Shown one piece after another: positions 9,326 through 18,606 of a DNA stretch of 64,000 nucleotides. A program made the translations under genes and the position numbers. Origin of the DNA: a virus; the IMG/VR virus record IMGVR_UViG_3300006051_000001, positions 22,982-86,981 of that record; one strand, given 5' to 3'. The notes below the pieces were generated by a model. That model worked only from the letters and a program-made list of their open reading frames with translations. It did not search any database and had not been told where the DNA came from. Each line of letters begins with the position of its first letter. Positions within the stretch are counted from its first letter, which is position 1.

Positions 9326-10846
9326 TTGAAGATCGACGTCTATAGCCATTCGTTCATGGTCAGTGATTTGAACGAGCGACAGAAGAAAGCCGTCGAACAG
9401 TTCTGCAAAACACTCATCCAGCATGAGATGGTTATTGAAGACGGCCGTAAGGAAATGGTGGCTGCACGGGTGTTCGCATCCTCTACAGCTGCCAGACAGT
9501 ACTACCGTTTCCACATCAACATGAAGGTAGAATTCTTCCAGACCCTGAACTACAACTTCATTAAGTCTGATGAATTCACAATCGTTAAGCACGATAACAC
9601 TCCAACGGATCGCTTCAAGGTTGAACATGAAGTAATCCACTTGTGGCCACCCCGTCATCCTCAACCGGCTATCATTAACCACGTTGTGAATGAGGAGGGT
9701 AGTAACAAGGTCGTAACCCTCCAGACTGGTAAGGGTAAGACGGAGCTGACGAAGCACTGCATGCACCAACTGGGGCTACGCACTGCTATCTTCATGAAGG
9801 GTGGTTATCTAGACCGTTGGGTGCCTGACCTTGAGTCATCATTCAAACTGAAGCGCGGTCAACTCCTTGTTGTCCGAGGAAGTCCAGCGCTGAAGGGTCT
9901 GATGGAAATGGTGCTGGAGAAGCGTGACATCGGTAAGGTCATCCTTATCTCCACAAACACCTACGTCAACTACATCAAGGAATTCGAAGCGGAAGGGTAC
10001 GATTCAGGTTTCCCTATCGCTCCTATCGACTTCTTTGAGATGTGCGGTATCGGTTTCGGTGTACTCGATGAGGGTCACCAATATCCACACGCCATCATGA
10101 AATTCTTCGCGTACATGAACATCCACAAGTTCCTGACCTTGTCTGCAACACTCGACACCAAAGACAAGTTCATGAACAAAATGTACGAGATCATGTACCC
10201 AAGGCCTGCTCGATATAACGGGGATTATTACGATGCGTTCATTGACGTGTCGGCAATCATCTACCAGTTGAGTAACGCCAAAGCGATTCGATGTAAGGGG
10301 TTCGGTGGAGCGTACAGCCACACGGCTTTCGAAGCGTCACTGATGTTGGCAAAGAACAAGAAGCTTCTTGAGAAGTATCTTGAGATGATTGCGTACTACC
10401 TCCAGACGGACTTCGTCGATGTAATGGAGAAAGGACAAAAGTCAATCGTATTCTGCGCTACCATCAAACTCTGTACGATACTGACTAAGTTCTTGCAAAA
10501 GAAGTTCCCGAAGCTGCTCGTAGCTCGCTACGTGTCCGGGGACAAGATGTCTGTGTTGGAGCGCTCAGACATCGGCGTTAGTACAGTACTATCGGCAGGT
10601 ACTGCGGTAGACATCAAGAACCTCCGCTATAACCTGATGACAACTGCAATCGATTCGCAGCAATCGAACGAACAAACCTTGGGACGTACACGTCTGCTGA
10701 AAGACTGGCCTGACATTACTCCACGGTTCCGTTACTTCGTTTGCAGCAGCATTGAGAAGCACATGCTCTACCATCGCAACAAGCTTGACTACTTTAAAGG
10801 GAAGGTTAAGTCCCACGGTCAAGAGCAATCACCTTTCTACATTTAA
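9326..10846 (+). CDS. SF2 DExH helicase (UvsW-like; phiKZ gp75-like)
   Basis: Walker A LQTGKGKT, Walker B LDEGH, motif III LSAT, motif VI EQTLGRTR. Confidence 0.92.
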   Translation: MKIDVYSHSFMVSDLNERQKKAVEQFCKTLIQHEMVIEDGRKEMVAARVFASSTAARQYYRFHINMKVEFFQTLNYNFIKSDEFTIVKHDNTPTDRFKVEHEVIHLWPPRHPQPAIINHVVNEEGSNKVVTLQTGKGKTELTKHCMHQLGLRTAIFMKGGYLDRWVPDLESSFKLKRGQLLVVRGSPALKGLMEMVLEKRDIGKVILISTNTYVNYIKEFEAEGYDSGFPIAPIDFFEMCGIGFGVLDEGHQYPHAIMKFFAYMNIHKFLTLSATLDTKDKFMNKMYEIMYPRPARYNGDYYDAFIDVSAIIYQLSNAKAIRCKGFGGAYSHTAFEASLMLAKNKKLLEKYLEMIAYYLQTDFVDVMEKGQKSIVFCATIKLCTILTKFLQKKFPKLLVARYVSGDKMSVLERSDIGVSTVLSAGTAVDIKNLRYNLMTTAIDSQQSNEQTLGRTRLLKDWPDITPRFRYFVCSSIEKHMLYHRNKLDYFKGKVKSHGQEQSPFYI

Positions 10847-10849
10847 GAA

Positions 10850-10874
10850 GCGGGGAGAAATCCCCGCCTTTATG
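10850..10874 (+). terminator. Hairpin of the TATG family
   Basis: GCGGGGA-GAAA-TCCCCGC-CTTTATG. Confidence 0.7.
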
Positions 10875-10892
10875 TCCCCTTAGGAGGAAAAG

Positions 10893-11096
10893 ATGTCTCT
10901 GAATCAACTCACCATGAAAGCTGAATACGTATTCAGTTCTATCGATCCTAATCGTGTACTGAGCGATGAATCAAAGCTTTACATGATTCACCGTCGAGCG
11001 CTTGTTCGTGGTGACGCTAAGGCTTGGGAGATCGATAACGAGGTTATCGCCAAGCGCACTACTCTGGCCGAACACTATTCGCTGGAGGATTACTGA
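10893..11096 (+). CDS. Hypothetical protein
   Basis: AGGAGG SD; 67 aa; stop/start coupled to the next ORF. Confidence 0.7.
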   Translation: MSLNQLTMKAEYVFSSIDPNRVLSDESKLYMIHRRALVRGDAKAWEIDNEVIAKRTTLAEHYSLEDY

Positions 11097-11479
11097 TGGC
11101 AGTGCTACTGACCAATTCTACCGTAGTTGGGTTAGATGACATCCCAGAAGAGCTTTATCCCGGAGGTCCTGAATTCAAGGTCCACGTAGCCTTCTATCTG
11201 TCGAGTGTAACCATCACACTTGTTAACCCGATGAATGGGATCATGCTCCGAGATAAGTTCACCGAGACGCGTACGAAGCTGTTGCGTGACCATCTCCACC
11301 CACTGCGTGAGAACGCCTTACTCACTAAGGCTCAGTTCATGTGTGAAGTGGAACGTATGACAGAAGTATTCTTCTGTCGTCTGCGGGAATACAAAGGGTT
11401 CATCGGTATCAACAGAACCGGAATGCATGATACAAACACCTACGACGAAGAATCTGAAACAAACGGGGAACGTGTATGA
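11096..11479 (+). CDS. Hypothetical protein
   Basis: 127 aa; overlaps both neighbours. Confidence 0.7.
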   Translation: MAVLLTNSTVVGLDDIPEELYPGGPEFKVHVAFYLSSVTITLVNPMNGIMLRDKFTETRTKLLRDHLHPLRENALLTKAQFMCEVERMTEVFFCRLREYKGFIGINRTGMHDTNTYDEESETNGERV

Positions 11480-11736
11480 AGAATGAAATGGTTACAATCG
11501 AAGTACCTGAACTGAATGAGTATCGTCAGATCGGTGAAATTATCTCAAGGGTGATTGGTGTAGAGATCGACGAGGGGAAGATGCTTGAGCTGATGACTAC
11601 CCTCAACTACCACAAGTACAACATCCTCAAGATGACTCAGACCCCTGAGCAGGTTGCTGAGATGGCTAAGTACTTGCTGGCTAAAGGTGGTGCGCAAGAT
11701 CGACCGGTCGATTGGCCGAAGTTTGTAAGAGAATAG
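11476..11736 (+). CDS. Hypothetical protein
   Basis: 86 aa; ATGA overlap; ends just before a terminator. Confidence 0.7.
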   Translation: MKNEMVTIEVPELNEYRQIGEIISRVIGVEIDEGKMLELMTTLNYHKYNILKMTQTPEQVAEMAKYLLAKGGAQDRPVDWPKFVRE

Positions 11737-11743
11737 TAAACAG

Positions 11744-11789
11744 CATAAAGCCCGGCATTGAGCCGGGCTTTATGTCACTCTTTTTTTTT
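11744..11789. terminator. Bidirectional terminator
   Basis: 13-bp stem CATAAAGCCCGGC-ATTGA-GCCGGGCTTTATG plus T-tract, between convergent genes. Confidence 0.9.
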
Positions 11790-11795
11790 GCCGTA

Positions 11796-13502
11796 TTACT
11801 GAGCGTCAGCGTAGTACAGGATCACGTTCTGACGTTCTTCTTCGTTCGGCACGTAGCGCAGGATCTGGTCGAGCTTGTAGATCTTGGCTTCACGCTGACG
11901 GGTGCCTGGAGCGCGGGTGGTGATCAGCAACGATACCAGGTCTTCGAAGGTCAGTGCAGCAGACTTCGAAATACCCAGCTGGTTGTAACCACGGCGTGCA
12001 ATTTCCGGCAGGAACAGCAGGGTGTAGTTGGTGTTGATGAAGTCCAGCAGGATGTTCCAGCCTTCTGTGAAGCCGACGCTGTCACGAGCCATCACTTGAC
12101 GGATAGCTTTGTACAGCATGACTTGCGCTTTGCCGGCGGTATCGTCGGACAGGTTCTTGCCGTACTTGGACATTACGTCCTTGTATTCGTCAAGCTTGGA
12201 TTTCAGCAGGATGTTGTCCATGGATGCTTCCGTTGGAGTTTCAGCGAGGGTTTCGAGAATGCGTTGACCGCTGAACTCGTTGGACAGACCCAGACGAGCC
12301 TTCAGGCTGTCGACCAGATCTTCTTTCGGGAGATCAGTTTCGATCTGACCCAGCAGAGCCGAACGCAGTTCGAGGTGAGTCCACTGGGAAGCGGTCTTAC
12401 GCTCGCGCATGCGGTCTTCGATCAGAACGCCATGTTCGGTAACGGCTGGTTGCTCGCCGCTCTGTACGAACGCCTTGACGGCTTCGTGAGTCCAGTTGTT
12501 CGGCAGGCGATAGCGTTTGTAGAGCTCATCGTAGATCAGCTCTTCGTCCATGCCCTTTGGAGTCAGGATCAGACCATCGACCCAGTCGGCCAGTTCGCCG
12601 CCAGTCCAGTTGATCATGGATTGACCACGACGCAAGTCGATAGGCCAGCTACCACGAGCAGTCTTGGTTGGTTGAGCTTTGGTTTCGACGTAGGTCAGCA
12701 GGGTGTCGCGATCCCAGGCAGCCAGAGCATCAGCAGGCAGAACGCCGGTCAGAGTTGCACGCAGGCCTTCCAGAGAGGTAGGTTCGGCAGGAGTCGGATC
12801 TTCTTCTTCGTCAGGCTGCGCTTCGTCTTCTTCATCGACCTTGGCGTCTTCTTCGTCTTCAGCTTCCGGCGGAGGCTCGACAGGATCGACTTCGTCCACC
12901 GAAGAATCGGATTCGACCGCGACTTCTTCAGCTGGTTCAACGATTTCGGCTGGTTCTTCAACCACATCACCAGCGGCCAGTTGCGCAGCAGCGGCAGCAG
13001 CTTCTTCGTCGAGAGCAGTGGTGAGGTCTTTGGCAGCGTCTTCGATGCTGACTTTCTCAGCCGCCGGGTCCATCTGTTCGATGTAACCGACCTTGGAAGC
13101 ATCGATAGCCGCTTGCTCGTCTTCAACCGATTCTTCGGCAGGCTTGACTTCTTCTTCGTCAGCCATCAGTAGGCGAACCATTTCAACGGTGTTGGCTTCG
13201 CCTGCTTCGTCGAAGAAGTATTCCTTGAACAGACTGGTCACGTCAGCATCGAAGTGGTCAGTACCCAGGGAATCCTGATCAGCAACTGCCGCCAACTGGT
13301 CTTCGACAGCGCGTTTCAGGAACGCAGCGTCGGTGCCATTGGTATCCGCCGGCTCATCGCCCTCAGCTACGTCTACCGGCTCTTCAGAGCCTTCCTGTGC
13401 AACGATCGGAGCTACTTGCTCCGGTTGTGCCTGTTCTTGCTGCTGATCGACTACAGGAGTCTCAGGAGCGTTCTGATCAACAGCGTCGTTGTTCTGTTCC
13501 AT
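11796..13502 (-). CDS. Conserved protein with long acidic low-complexity N-terminus and internal repeat, probably virion-associated
   Basis: 568 aa; E/D/A/P-rich first ~235 aa; two W-x3-L...P..T..G..I.D..R...W...EL repeats; downstream of the vRNAP gene on the same strand. Confidence 0.7.
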   Translation of the reverse strand: MEQNNDAVDQNAPETPVVDQQQEQAQPEQVAPIVAQEGSEEPVDVAEGDEPADTNGTDAAFLKRAVEDQLAAVADQDSLGTDHFDADVTSLFKEYFFDEAGEANTVEMVRLLMADEEEVKPAEESVEDEQAAIDASKVGYIEQMDPAAEKVSIEDAAKDLTTALDEEAAAAAAQLAAGDVVEEPAEIVEPAEEVAVESDSSVDEVDPVEPPPEAEDEEDAKVDEEDEAQPDEEEDPTPAEPTSLEGLRATLTGVLPADALAAWDRDTLLTYVETKAQPTKTARGSWPIDLRRGQSMINWTGGELADWVDGLILTPKGMDEELIYDELYKRYRLPNNWTHEAVKAFVQSGEQPAVTEHGVLIEDRMRERKTASQWTHLELRSALLGQIETDLPKEDLVDSLKARLGLSNEFSGQRILETLAETPTEASMDNILLKSKLDEYKDVMSKYGKNLSDDTAGKAQVMLYKAIRQVMARDSVGFTEGWNILLDFINTNYTLLFLPEIARRGYNQLGISKSAALTFEDLVSLLITTRAPGTRQREAKIYKLDQILRYVPNEEERQNVILYYADAQ

Positions 13503-13507
13503 GGGGA

Positions 13508-14794
13508 TTAGTTCCTAAGGAATGTCTCTAAGAAGAGAGGAGTTGTTTTGAGTTCTTTAGCGTGAGCAGAACCCATCATTACGGCCATCATCGTGGAAGG
13601 GATCTCACCTACCATCGAACCGATGGAATCAGGATAAGCGGAGAGCTTATCACCGAAGCACACCTCACAGCAGTCTGTGCGTGGAGTGATGCAGAACGCC
13701 GGACTGAACATAGGGTAGACTTTACCCAAGTACTGACCGATGTTTTCGGCAGACAGCTTAACCGATTCCTTGCCGTCAACAATGGTGCGGCCAATGAGGT
13801 CTTCACTGACCTTAATGTCAAGCTGATCGGTAGTACCGCAGAAGCCCTTAACTACACGGGCGTTCTGGAAGATACGACCCATCAAGTCCACGTCCTCACC
13901 GGCGAGTGCAGTCATCGCACCCCGGAAGTAAGAACCAGCACGCAACGAGTTCACCATGTGAGGGAACTTGGTTACGTCCAGACCTTCTTGAAGAGAAGTA
14001 GTAACGAGCGTTGCACGCCCACCTTCTTCGAAGCCGGCTTCAGGACCGTGAATCTGGAACATTCGTTTCAAAGCAGTGTTCAAGGATTTACGTTTGTACA
14101 GGAAGCCCTCAGACGGATCACCTTTAAGGTTGTCCGAATAGTCCTTAACCAACGCATCCTGAATACGTGCCTGAATAACTGGGTCGTCCAGCTGATCCTT
14201 ATACAGCTCCAGCATTTCCTTCAGGATCTTATCCCGATTAGGAGACGGCTGAAGAGCATGCTCAGTAACGGATGGAACAAACATCTCGTAACCGGCCAAG
14301 TCAGATACAGCCTTACCGAAGCGCAGATAATGGCGGACGTAGATCACACCCGGCTTCTCTGGGACTTCGTTGTCAATCATCGCACCGATGATGAACCGCT
14401 CCAGACCACCGAGGTTGATTGGACCTTCGGCGTATTCAAACAGATCACCACCAGCGTAAACCAGAACACGGCTATTGAATAGCAGGTCACCCCAAGTACC
14501 GTCGGGAAGATCCTTGGTCAGGTTCTCCACATCGCCAGCCTTGATAGGCCCGCAGGAGTCGTGATAGATGTAAGGGATCTCGTAAGGCTTAGCACCCTCC
14601 AGAACCGTCCAGCCCCACTTACCGTCACCATCAGGTACGTATACCTGAACGTTCTCCTTGGTGTGCTTCAAGCCCCACTGGAGGTCACCGTTCTTAACGT
14701 CGTCGATAACGACGGAGAAGGCACGTAAGATCCACGCACGATTGTAGTGGACCTTTGCCTTCATCGATTGGATGAAGAAATCATACTTCCGCAT
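13508..14794 (-). CDS. Virion RNA polymerase beta-prime subunit part (phiKZ gp80-like)
   Basis: SLQEGL...LRAGSYFRGAMTALAG (F-loop/bridge helix), FCGT, Zn motif FSPAFC...CCEVCFG, terminal MMGSAH trigger-loop region. Confidence 0.88.
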   Translation of the reverse strand: MRKYDFFIQSMKAKVHYNRAWILRAFSVVIDDVKNGDLQWGLKHTKENVQVYVPDGDGKWGWTVLEGAKPYEIPYIYHDSCGPIKAGDVENLTKDLPDGTWGDLLFNSRVLVYAGGDLFEYAEGPINLGGLERFIIGAMIDNEVPEKPGVIYVRHYLRFGKAVSDLAGYEMFVPSVTEHALQPSPNRDKILKEMLELYKDQLDDPVIQARIQDALVKDYSDNLKGDPSEGFLYKRKSLNTALKRMFQIHGPEAGFEEGGRATLVTTSLQEGLDVTKFPHMVNSLRAGSYFRGAMTALAGEDVDLMGRIFQNARVVKGFCGTTDQLDIKVSEDLIGRTIVDGKESVKLSAENIGQYLGKVYPMFSPAFCITPRTDCCEVCFGDKLSAYPDSIGSMVGEIPSTMMAVMMGSAHAKELKTTPLFLETFLRN

Positions 14795-15677
14795 GTCCAG
14801 CTCCGAAGATGGGTTGGTATACGTCGAACAGTTTAAGCTTCACCTGTTCAGCACGGCGGCGATCGTCCATCTCGTAGAACAGATCGTCGAGACAGTTACC
14901 GATAGAGACCTTGGCATCCTCGAAGCTCTCGTTAGAGATCACTGCGAGCGAGAAGATGTCGTTGATAGCCTCTTCCATTGGCTTCTCGATCAAACGCCCC
15001 ACAGCCAAGCCGTAGAGTGCTTCCATCGATACACCCAGACCCTCATCGTTGCTGCCCATCTCTGCGCCGATCGAGTCTTTGTTAGTTTTCACCAAACGGG
15101 ACAATCGTTTGAGTAACTCACCATCGCGAGTCATTGTAATCTCATTGACGTTGTCAGCTACAACCGCGGCTTTACAAACACGACGCACGTTCTTAGTGAA
15201 GTTGTCGTGGATCTCGAGGATCTGCTCTTGCAGCAGGTCTTCGGAGTAAGTACCCAATTGTGCCACAAGCTTGACGAACGCTTCATCGACGTCTTCAGCG
15301 GAATCAAGAAGGTCGACAAGGATCGTGGGCGTATCCGTTGGGTCGAAGTTTACGATGATCTCGTAGATCTCCGCCAACATGGCGATAGGGATGTCAGGTG
15401 ACAGTTCCACACCGCAAATATTCAGGGATGTTTCAGCTGCAATACGCAGCACTTCATCGAGACTGGAGACGATCTCCGTCGGATCGATGTTCTGATCATT
15501 CAACTTAGAGAACAGAAGATCCATCTCATCGAGATGGCTGGTCGTGTTGGATTTGATCAGCGACTTGTTCAGGTTAACGTAGATCTCTTCAAGCTCTGGA
15601 GAGCAGCGATCCCGAGCGAGTGTCCGCACTGATAGTTCTGTGACGAAATCATCGTCGGCCTGCATTGGCTTGTCCAT
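14781..15677 (-). CDS. Hypothetical acidic helical protein
   Basis: GGGAGG SD before ATG 15677; overlaps the vRNAP start. Confidence 0.75.
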   Translation of the reverse strand: MDKPMQADDDFVTELSVRTLARDRCSPELEEIYVNLNKSLIKSNTTSHLDEMDLLFSKLNDQNIDPTEIVSSLDEVLRIAAETSLNICGVELSPDIPIAMLAEIYEIIVNFDPTDTPTILVDLLDSAEDVDEAFVKLVAQLGTYSEDLLQEQILEIHDNFTKNVRRVCKAAVVADNVNEITMTRDGELLKRLSRLVKTNKDSIGAEMGSNDEGLGVSMEALYGLAVGRLIEKPMEEAINDIFSLAVISNESFEDAKVSIGNCLDDLFYEMDDRRRAEQVKLKLFDVYQPIFGAGHAEV

Positions 15678-15765
15678 CAAAGCCCTCCCGGTTAAACCGT
15701 ACATTAATAGATATAGCTACCCTATATATGGGTTCGCTTAAAGCTTCATACTAGAGAGGTTCAGT

Positions 15766-16245
15766 ATGCGTAATAATAATTCCGAGCGATTCGTTGCTCA
15801 CGGAAACTCGATCGAAGCTACTAATGCTGAAGTTGAGAAAGAAGTTCAGGGTTATCAGGATACTTTGGCCGTCAGTCTGAATGCTGCGATTCAGCCAGTA
15901 AAAGACCTCGCCGAGTCCATCAACGTATTGCATGCCGAAGGTCGTCAAGAGGACGTGCCTAAATTGACCGGCCTGGTGAAGATGCTCGCTCGTGACGCTG
16001 ACGTCTTGATTGCCGAGAAGAAAGTGGTTGATGAGGAACTGGCCAAGCTTCAGGCTAATCCACCAACCAAGAAGCGCCATCTGTCGAACCACCACGCCGG
16101 CCTGATGGCTGCTGGTGCTAAGTACCTCGGTCTGTCCCAGCGTGCGACGAACACCGTAGGTAACATCCTCGGCGATTACATGGATTTGATCGATCCGCTC
16201 AAATCTAAACCTGAAACCGCAGAACAAAGTGAGGCTGTATCGTGA
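15766..16245 (+). CDS. Hypothetical protein (coiled-coil)
   Basis: GAGAGG SD; 159 aa; GTGA overlap with the next ORF. Confidence 0.75.
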   Translation: MRNNNSERFVAHGNSIEATNAEVEKEVQGYQDTLAVSLNAAIQPVKDLAESINVLHAEGRQEDVPKLTGLVKMLARDADVLIAEKKVVDEELAKLQANPPTKKRHLSNHHAGLMAAGAKYLGLSQRATNTVGNILGDYMDLIDPLKSKPETAEQSEAVS

Positions 16246-18086
16246 GTGACGAACAGATCGTAGATCAACCTGAAGAAGAACGCCCGGTCGTATTGGAAGA
16301 GCAGATCTCCAAACCGGCTGAGTTCACTCCGACTCCTGCTGAAGAGCCTGTAGATCTCAGCGAGCCTCAGTGGCAAGCGATCGATGAACTACCATCGGGC
16401 TTCGCTCACGAGCCAGCACATGAGCATCCAGCGCAAGAAGCTGAAGCTCTGGGTGACCTGATGGCCGCGCTTCCTGTCAGTGAGCAGATCGTCGATCTGT
16501 CCGTACCGACTCCGGAAGCTGACCCTACGCCAACTCGCGAAATGATCGGCGACTACACGCCGAACATGAACGTCAATGACGATCAGGGTATCTTGACCGT
16601 ATTGACCGACGAACAACTGGCGAAGTTCTCTCGCGACAATCCGTCCGTTCTGCTGTCCAACTTCTCGGCTTCCGAACTGGACGTCATGTACGACCAGATC
16701 GAGCGTCAAGTAGCAGCCGCTCAAGCATCTCGTGAAGAACTCGTGAAGAACGGCGGTGGTGCCGGTCTCTACGCTGGCCGTACTGACGATGGCGAAGTGA
16801 TCTACATCACCGTCAACGAAGGTAAGGCGATGGGTGCGATTGACGACTATCGCAAAACCACCGCCCCATACCGCGACAACGATGATCTCTTCGGCGACGA
16901 CAGCGAATGGACCAACCTGCCTAAGGTCGGTGATACTCCGATTGCTCCTGGCCGTCTGGACCACGAGAAGTCGAAAGACCCGGTCATGCGTATCCGTGGT
17001 CGTCTGGGTATGGCTGTTGAATACACCAACCCGTTCTGGGCGTCAGGCCTACACATGGTTATCGAAGGCGCTGGTGCGCTGGAAGAACTCTCTCTGGATC
17101 AGAAGATCCTGACTGAGAAAGCCGAGATGGGTCGTGACAGCAGCGGTTATGTCTACAGTGCTTCGGCTCTGTACCTGAACCGTCCTGTGGTTGACTTCGC
17201 TCTGAGTCAAGTGCGTAGCACCACCATCGGTACTACTGATCCGCAAGTGCTGAAGAGCCTCCTGCTGATTACTGATATCGATCCGCTGGCGCTGGCCATG
17301 GCTTCTGCCAACATGCCTAACGGCTTCCTGCTGGAACGTCCTTGCCTGGAACAGATCGGCGGTTGCGGTTACGTTACCAAGCGTCAGGTGAACCTGCGCC
17401 GTATGCTGATGGTTCGTCGTTCGAAGTTGTCGGATGACCAAGCTCAGTTCATGAGCAAGCGTGCTGGTACTGTTGACATCAAGACTGTTCTCGGCTACCA
17501 AGCCAAGATGCGTCCTGAGATCAGCCGTATCGTCCAACTGAAAGGCGGCATGATCCTGCGCTTCAAGGTTCCTACCATCGCTGAATACGAGCGTATCGCT
17601 TCGGCATGGCTGGACTACATGGATCAGCAGTCCCGTAAGGTTGCTGCCAGCAATGCTAACCAGCAAGAGCGTGAAGCGTTCCTGTTGAAGGCATCTCGTG
17701 TCTCCGTTCTGATGGCCTACGGTCACTGGATCGAAGCTATCCTCGAAACCAACCCTGACGATCTGGCTGCTGAGCCTAAAGTAATGATCGAACGCGTTGG
17801 CGAAGAAGGTAGTCCTGAGCAGTACCAGTCTGACGTTCAAATGCAGCGTCTGTTGGTATCTCTGGCTGTCGATCAGGATCTGAGCGATCAGATCATCGAA
17901 GAGCTCAGCGAGTTCATCAACCAGATGACCATGTCTACACCGGTTATCCCGAAGATGAAGTGCCCGAACTGCGGTAAACAGATGCACGGCGACGATGCTT
18001 CGAAGCATCCACACCTTGTAAACCTGAACGCCGTAGAAGTTTTTTTTACCCTACTCCGCCTCAGAATGCAAAAGCTGTCAAGCTAA
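16242..18086 (+). CDS. Putative tail/baseplate assembly chaperone (G-like / T4 gp26-like), acidic N-terminus, C-terminal CxxC
   Basis: 614 aa; LRFKVPTIAEY and KCPNCGK recall baseplate-hub assembly proteins (inference); slippery T-run near the 3' end. Confidence 0.55.
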   Translation: MSDEQIVDQPEEERPVVLEEQISKPAEFTPTPAEEPVDLSEPQWQAIDELPSGFAHEPAHEHPAQEAEALGDLMAALPVSEQIVDLSVPTPEADPTPTREMIGDYTPNMNVNDDQGILTVLTDEQLAKFSRDNPSVLLSNFSASELDVMYDQIERQVAAAQASREELVKNGGGAGLYAGRTDDGEVIYITVNEGKAMGAIDDYRKTTAPYRDNDDLFGDDSEWTNLPKVGDTPIAPGRLDHEKSKDPVMRIRGRLGMAVEYTNPFWASGLHMVIEGAGALEELSLDQKILTEKAEMGRDSSGYVYSASALYLNRPVVDFALSQVRSTTIGTTDPQVLKSLLLITDIDPLALAMASANMPNGFLLERPCLEQIGGCGYVTKRQVNLRRMLMVRRSKLSDDQAQFMSKRAGTVDIKTVLGYQAKMRPEISRIVQLKGGMILRFKVPTIAEYERIASAWLDYMDQQSRKVAASNANQQEREAFLLKASRVSVLMAYGHWIEAILETNPDDLAAEPKVMIERVGEEGSPEQYQSDVQMQRLLVSLAVDQDLSDQIIEELSEFINQMTMSTPVIPKMKCPNCGKQMHGDDASKHPHLVNLNAVEVFFTLLRLRMQKLSS

Positions 18087-18565
18087 CTCCCAACGGCGAA
18101 GTGTATCACCACATCGGCCTCCACGATTTCGGCAGAGAGATCACTCCGTTCACGGAAGGTACTCCTCTGTACAACTTAATCATGGGTAAGACCGTGAAGG
18201 ACGACTTCACTTCGCAGTTGATGTTCCTTGAAGCTTACGACGAAACCTTCGGTATCTTCGACCACGCCACATTCGACCACAACGACCCAATGTCTATCAT
18301 CGCGATGCATCCATCCGAAGATATGATCACTGGGTCACGGTTGGTGTCGTACTCGAGGGAACTGATGGCCTGTCGTATTCCTGAGCTGACCAATAAGCCT
18401 ATCGATGAACTGATGAGATTACCCAAGTGGTATTTGGATGATCTTCTGAAGGATGGGCGTAAGGCACGGACTCGGGAAGATGCTGAAGTGGAGAAGATGC
18501 AGAACGATCTCAAGGCTAGTGCCGAAGCTGCGGCTGAACGTTCGCAGAACGGTGAGAAACCGTAG
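18041..18565 (+). CDS. -1 frame extension (GT-like) of 16242-18086; track ORF 18101-18565
   Basis: The -1 frame is open from 17978 to 18565; T TTT TTT at 18041-18047; GTG 18101 has no SD. Confidence 0.65.
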   Translation, partial: FFYPTPPQNAKAVKLTPNGEVYHHIGLHDFGREITPFTEGTPLYNLIMGKTVKDDFTSQLMFLEAYDETFGIFDHATFDHNDPMSIIAMHPSEDMITGSRLVSYSRELMACRIPELTNKPIDELMRLPKWYLDDLLKDGRKARTREDAEVEKMQNDLKASAEAAAERSQNGEKP

Positions 18566-18568
18566 ACA

Positions 18569-18602
18569 GCATAAAGGGCGGGGTAATCCCCGCCCTTTAT
18601 GC
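18569..18602. terminator. Bidirectional terminator
   Basis: Perfect 15-bp stem GCATAAAGGGCGGGG-TAAT-CCCCGCCCTTTATGC between convergent genes. Confidence 0.9.
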
Positions 18603-18606
18603 CCTA

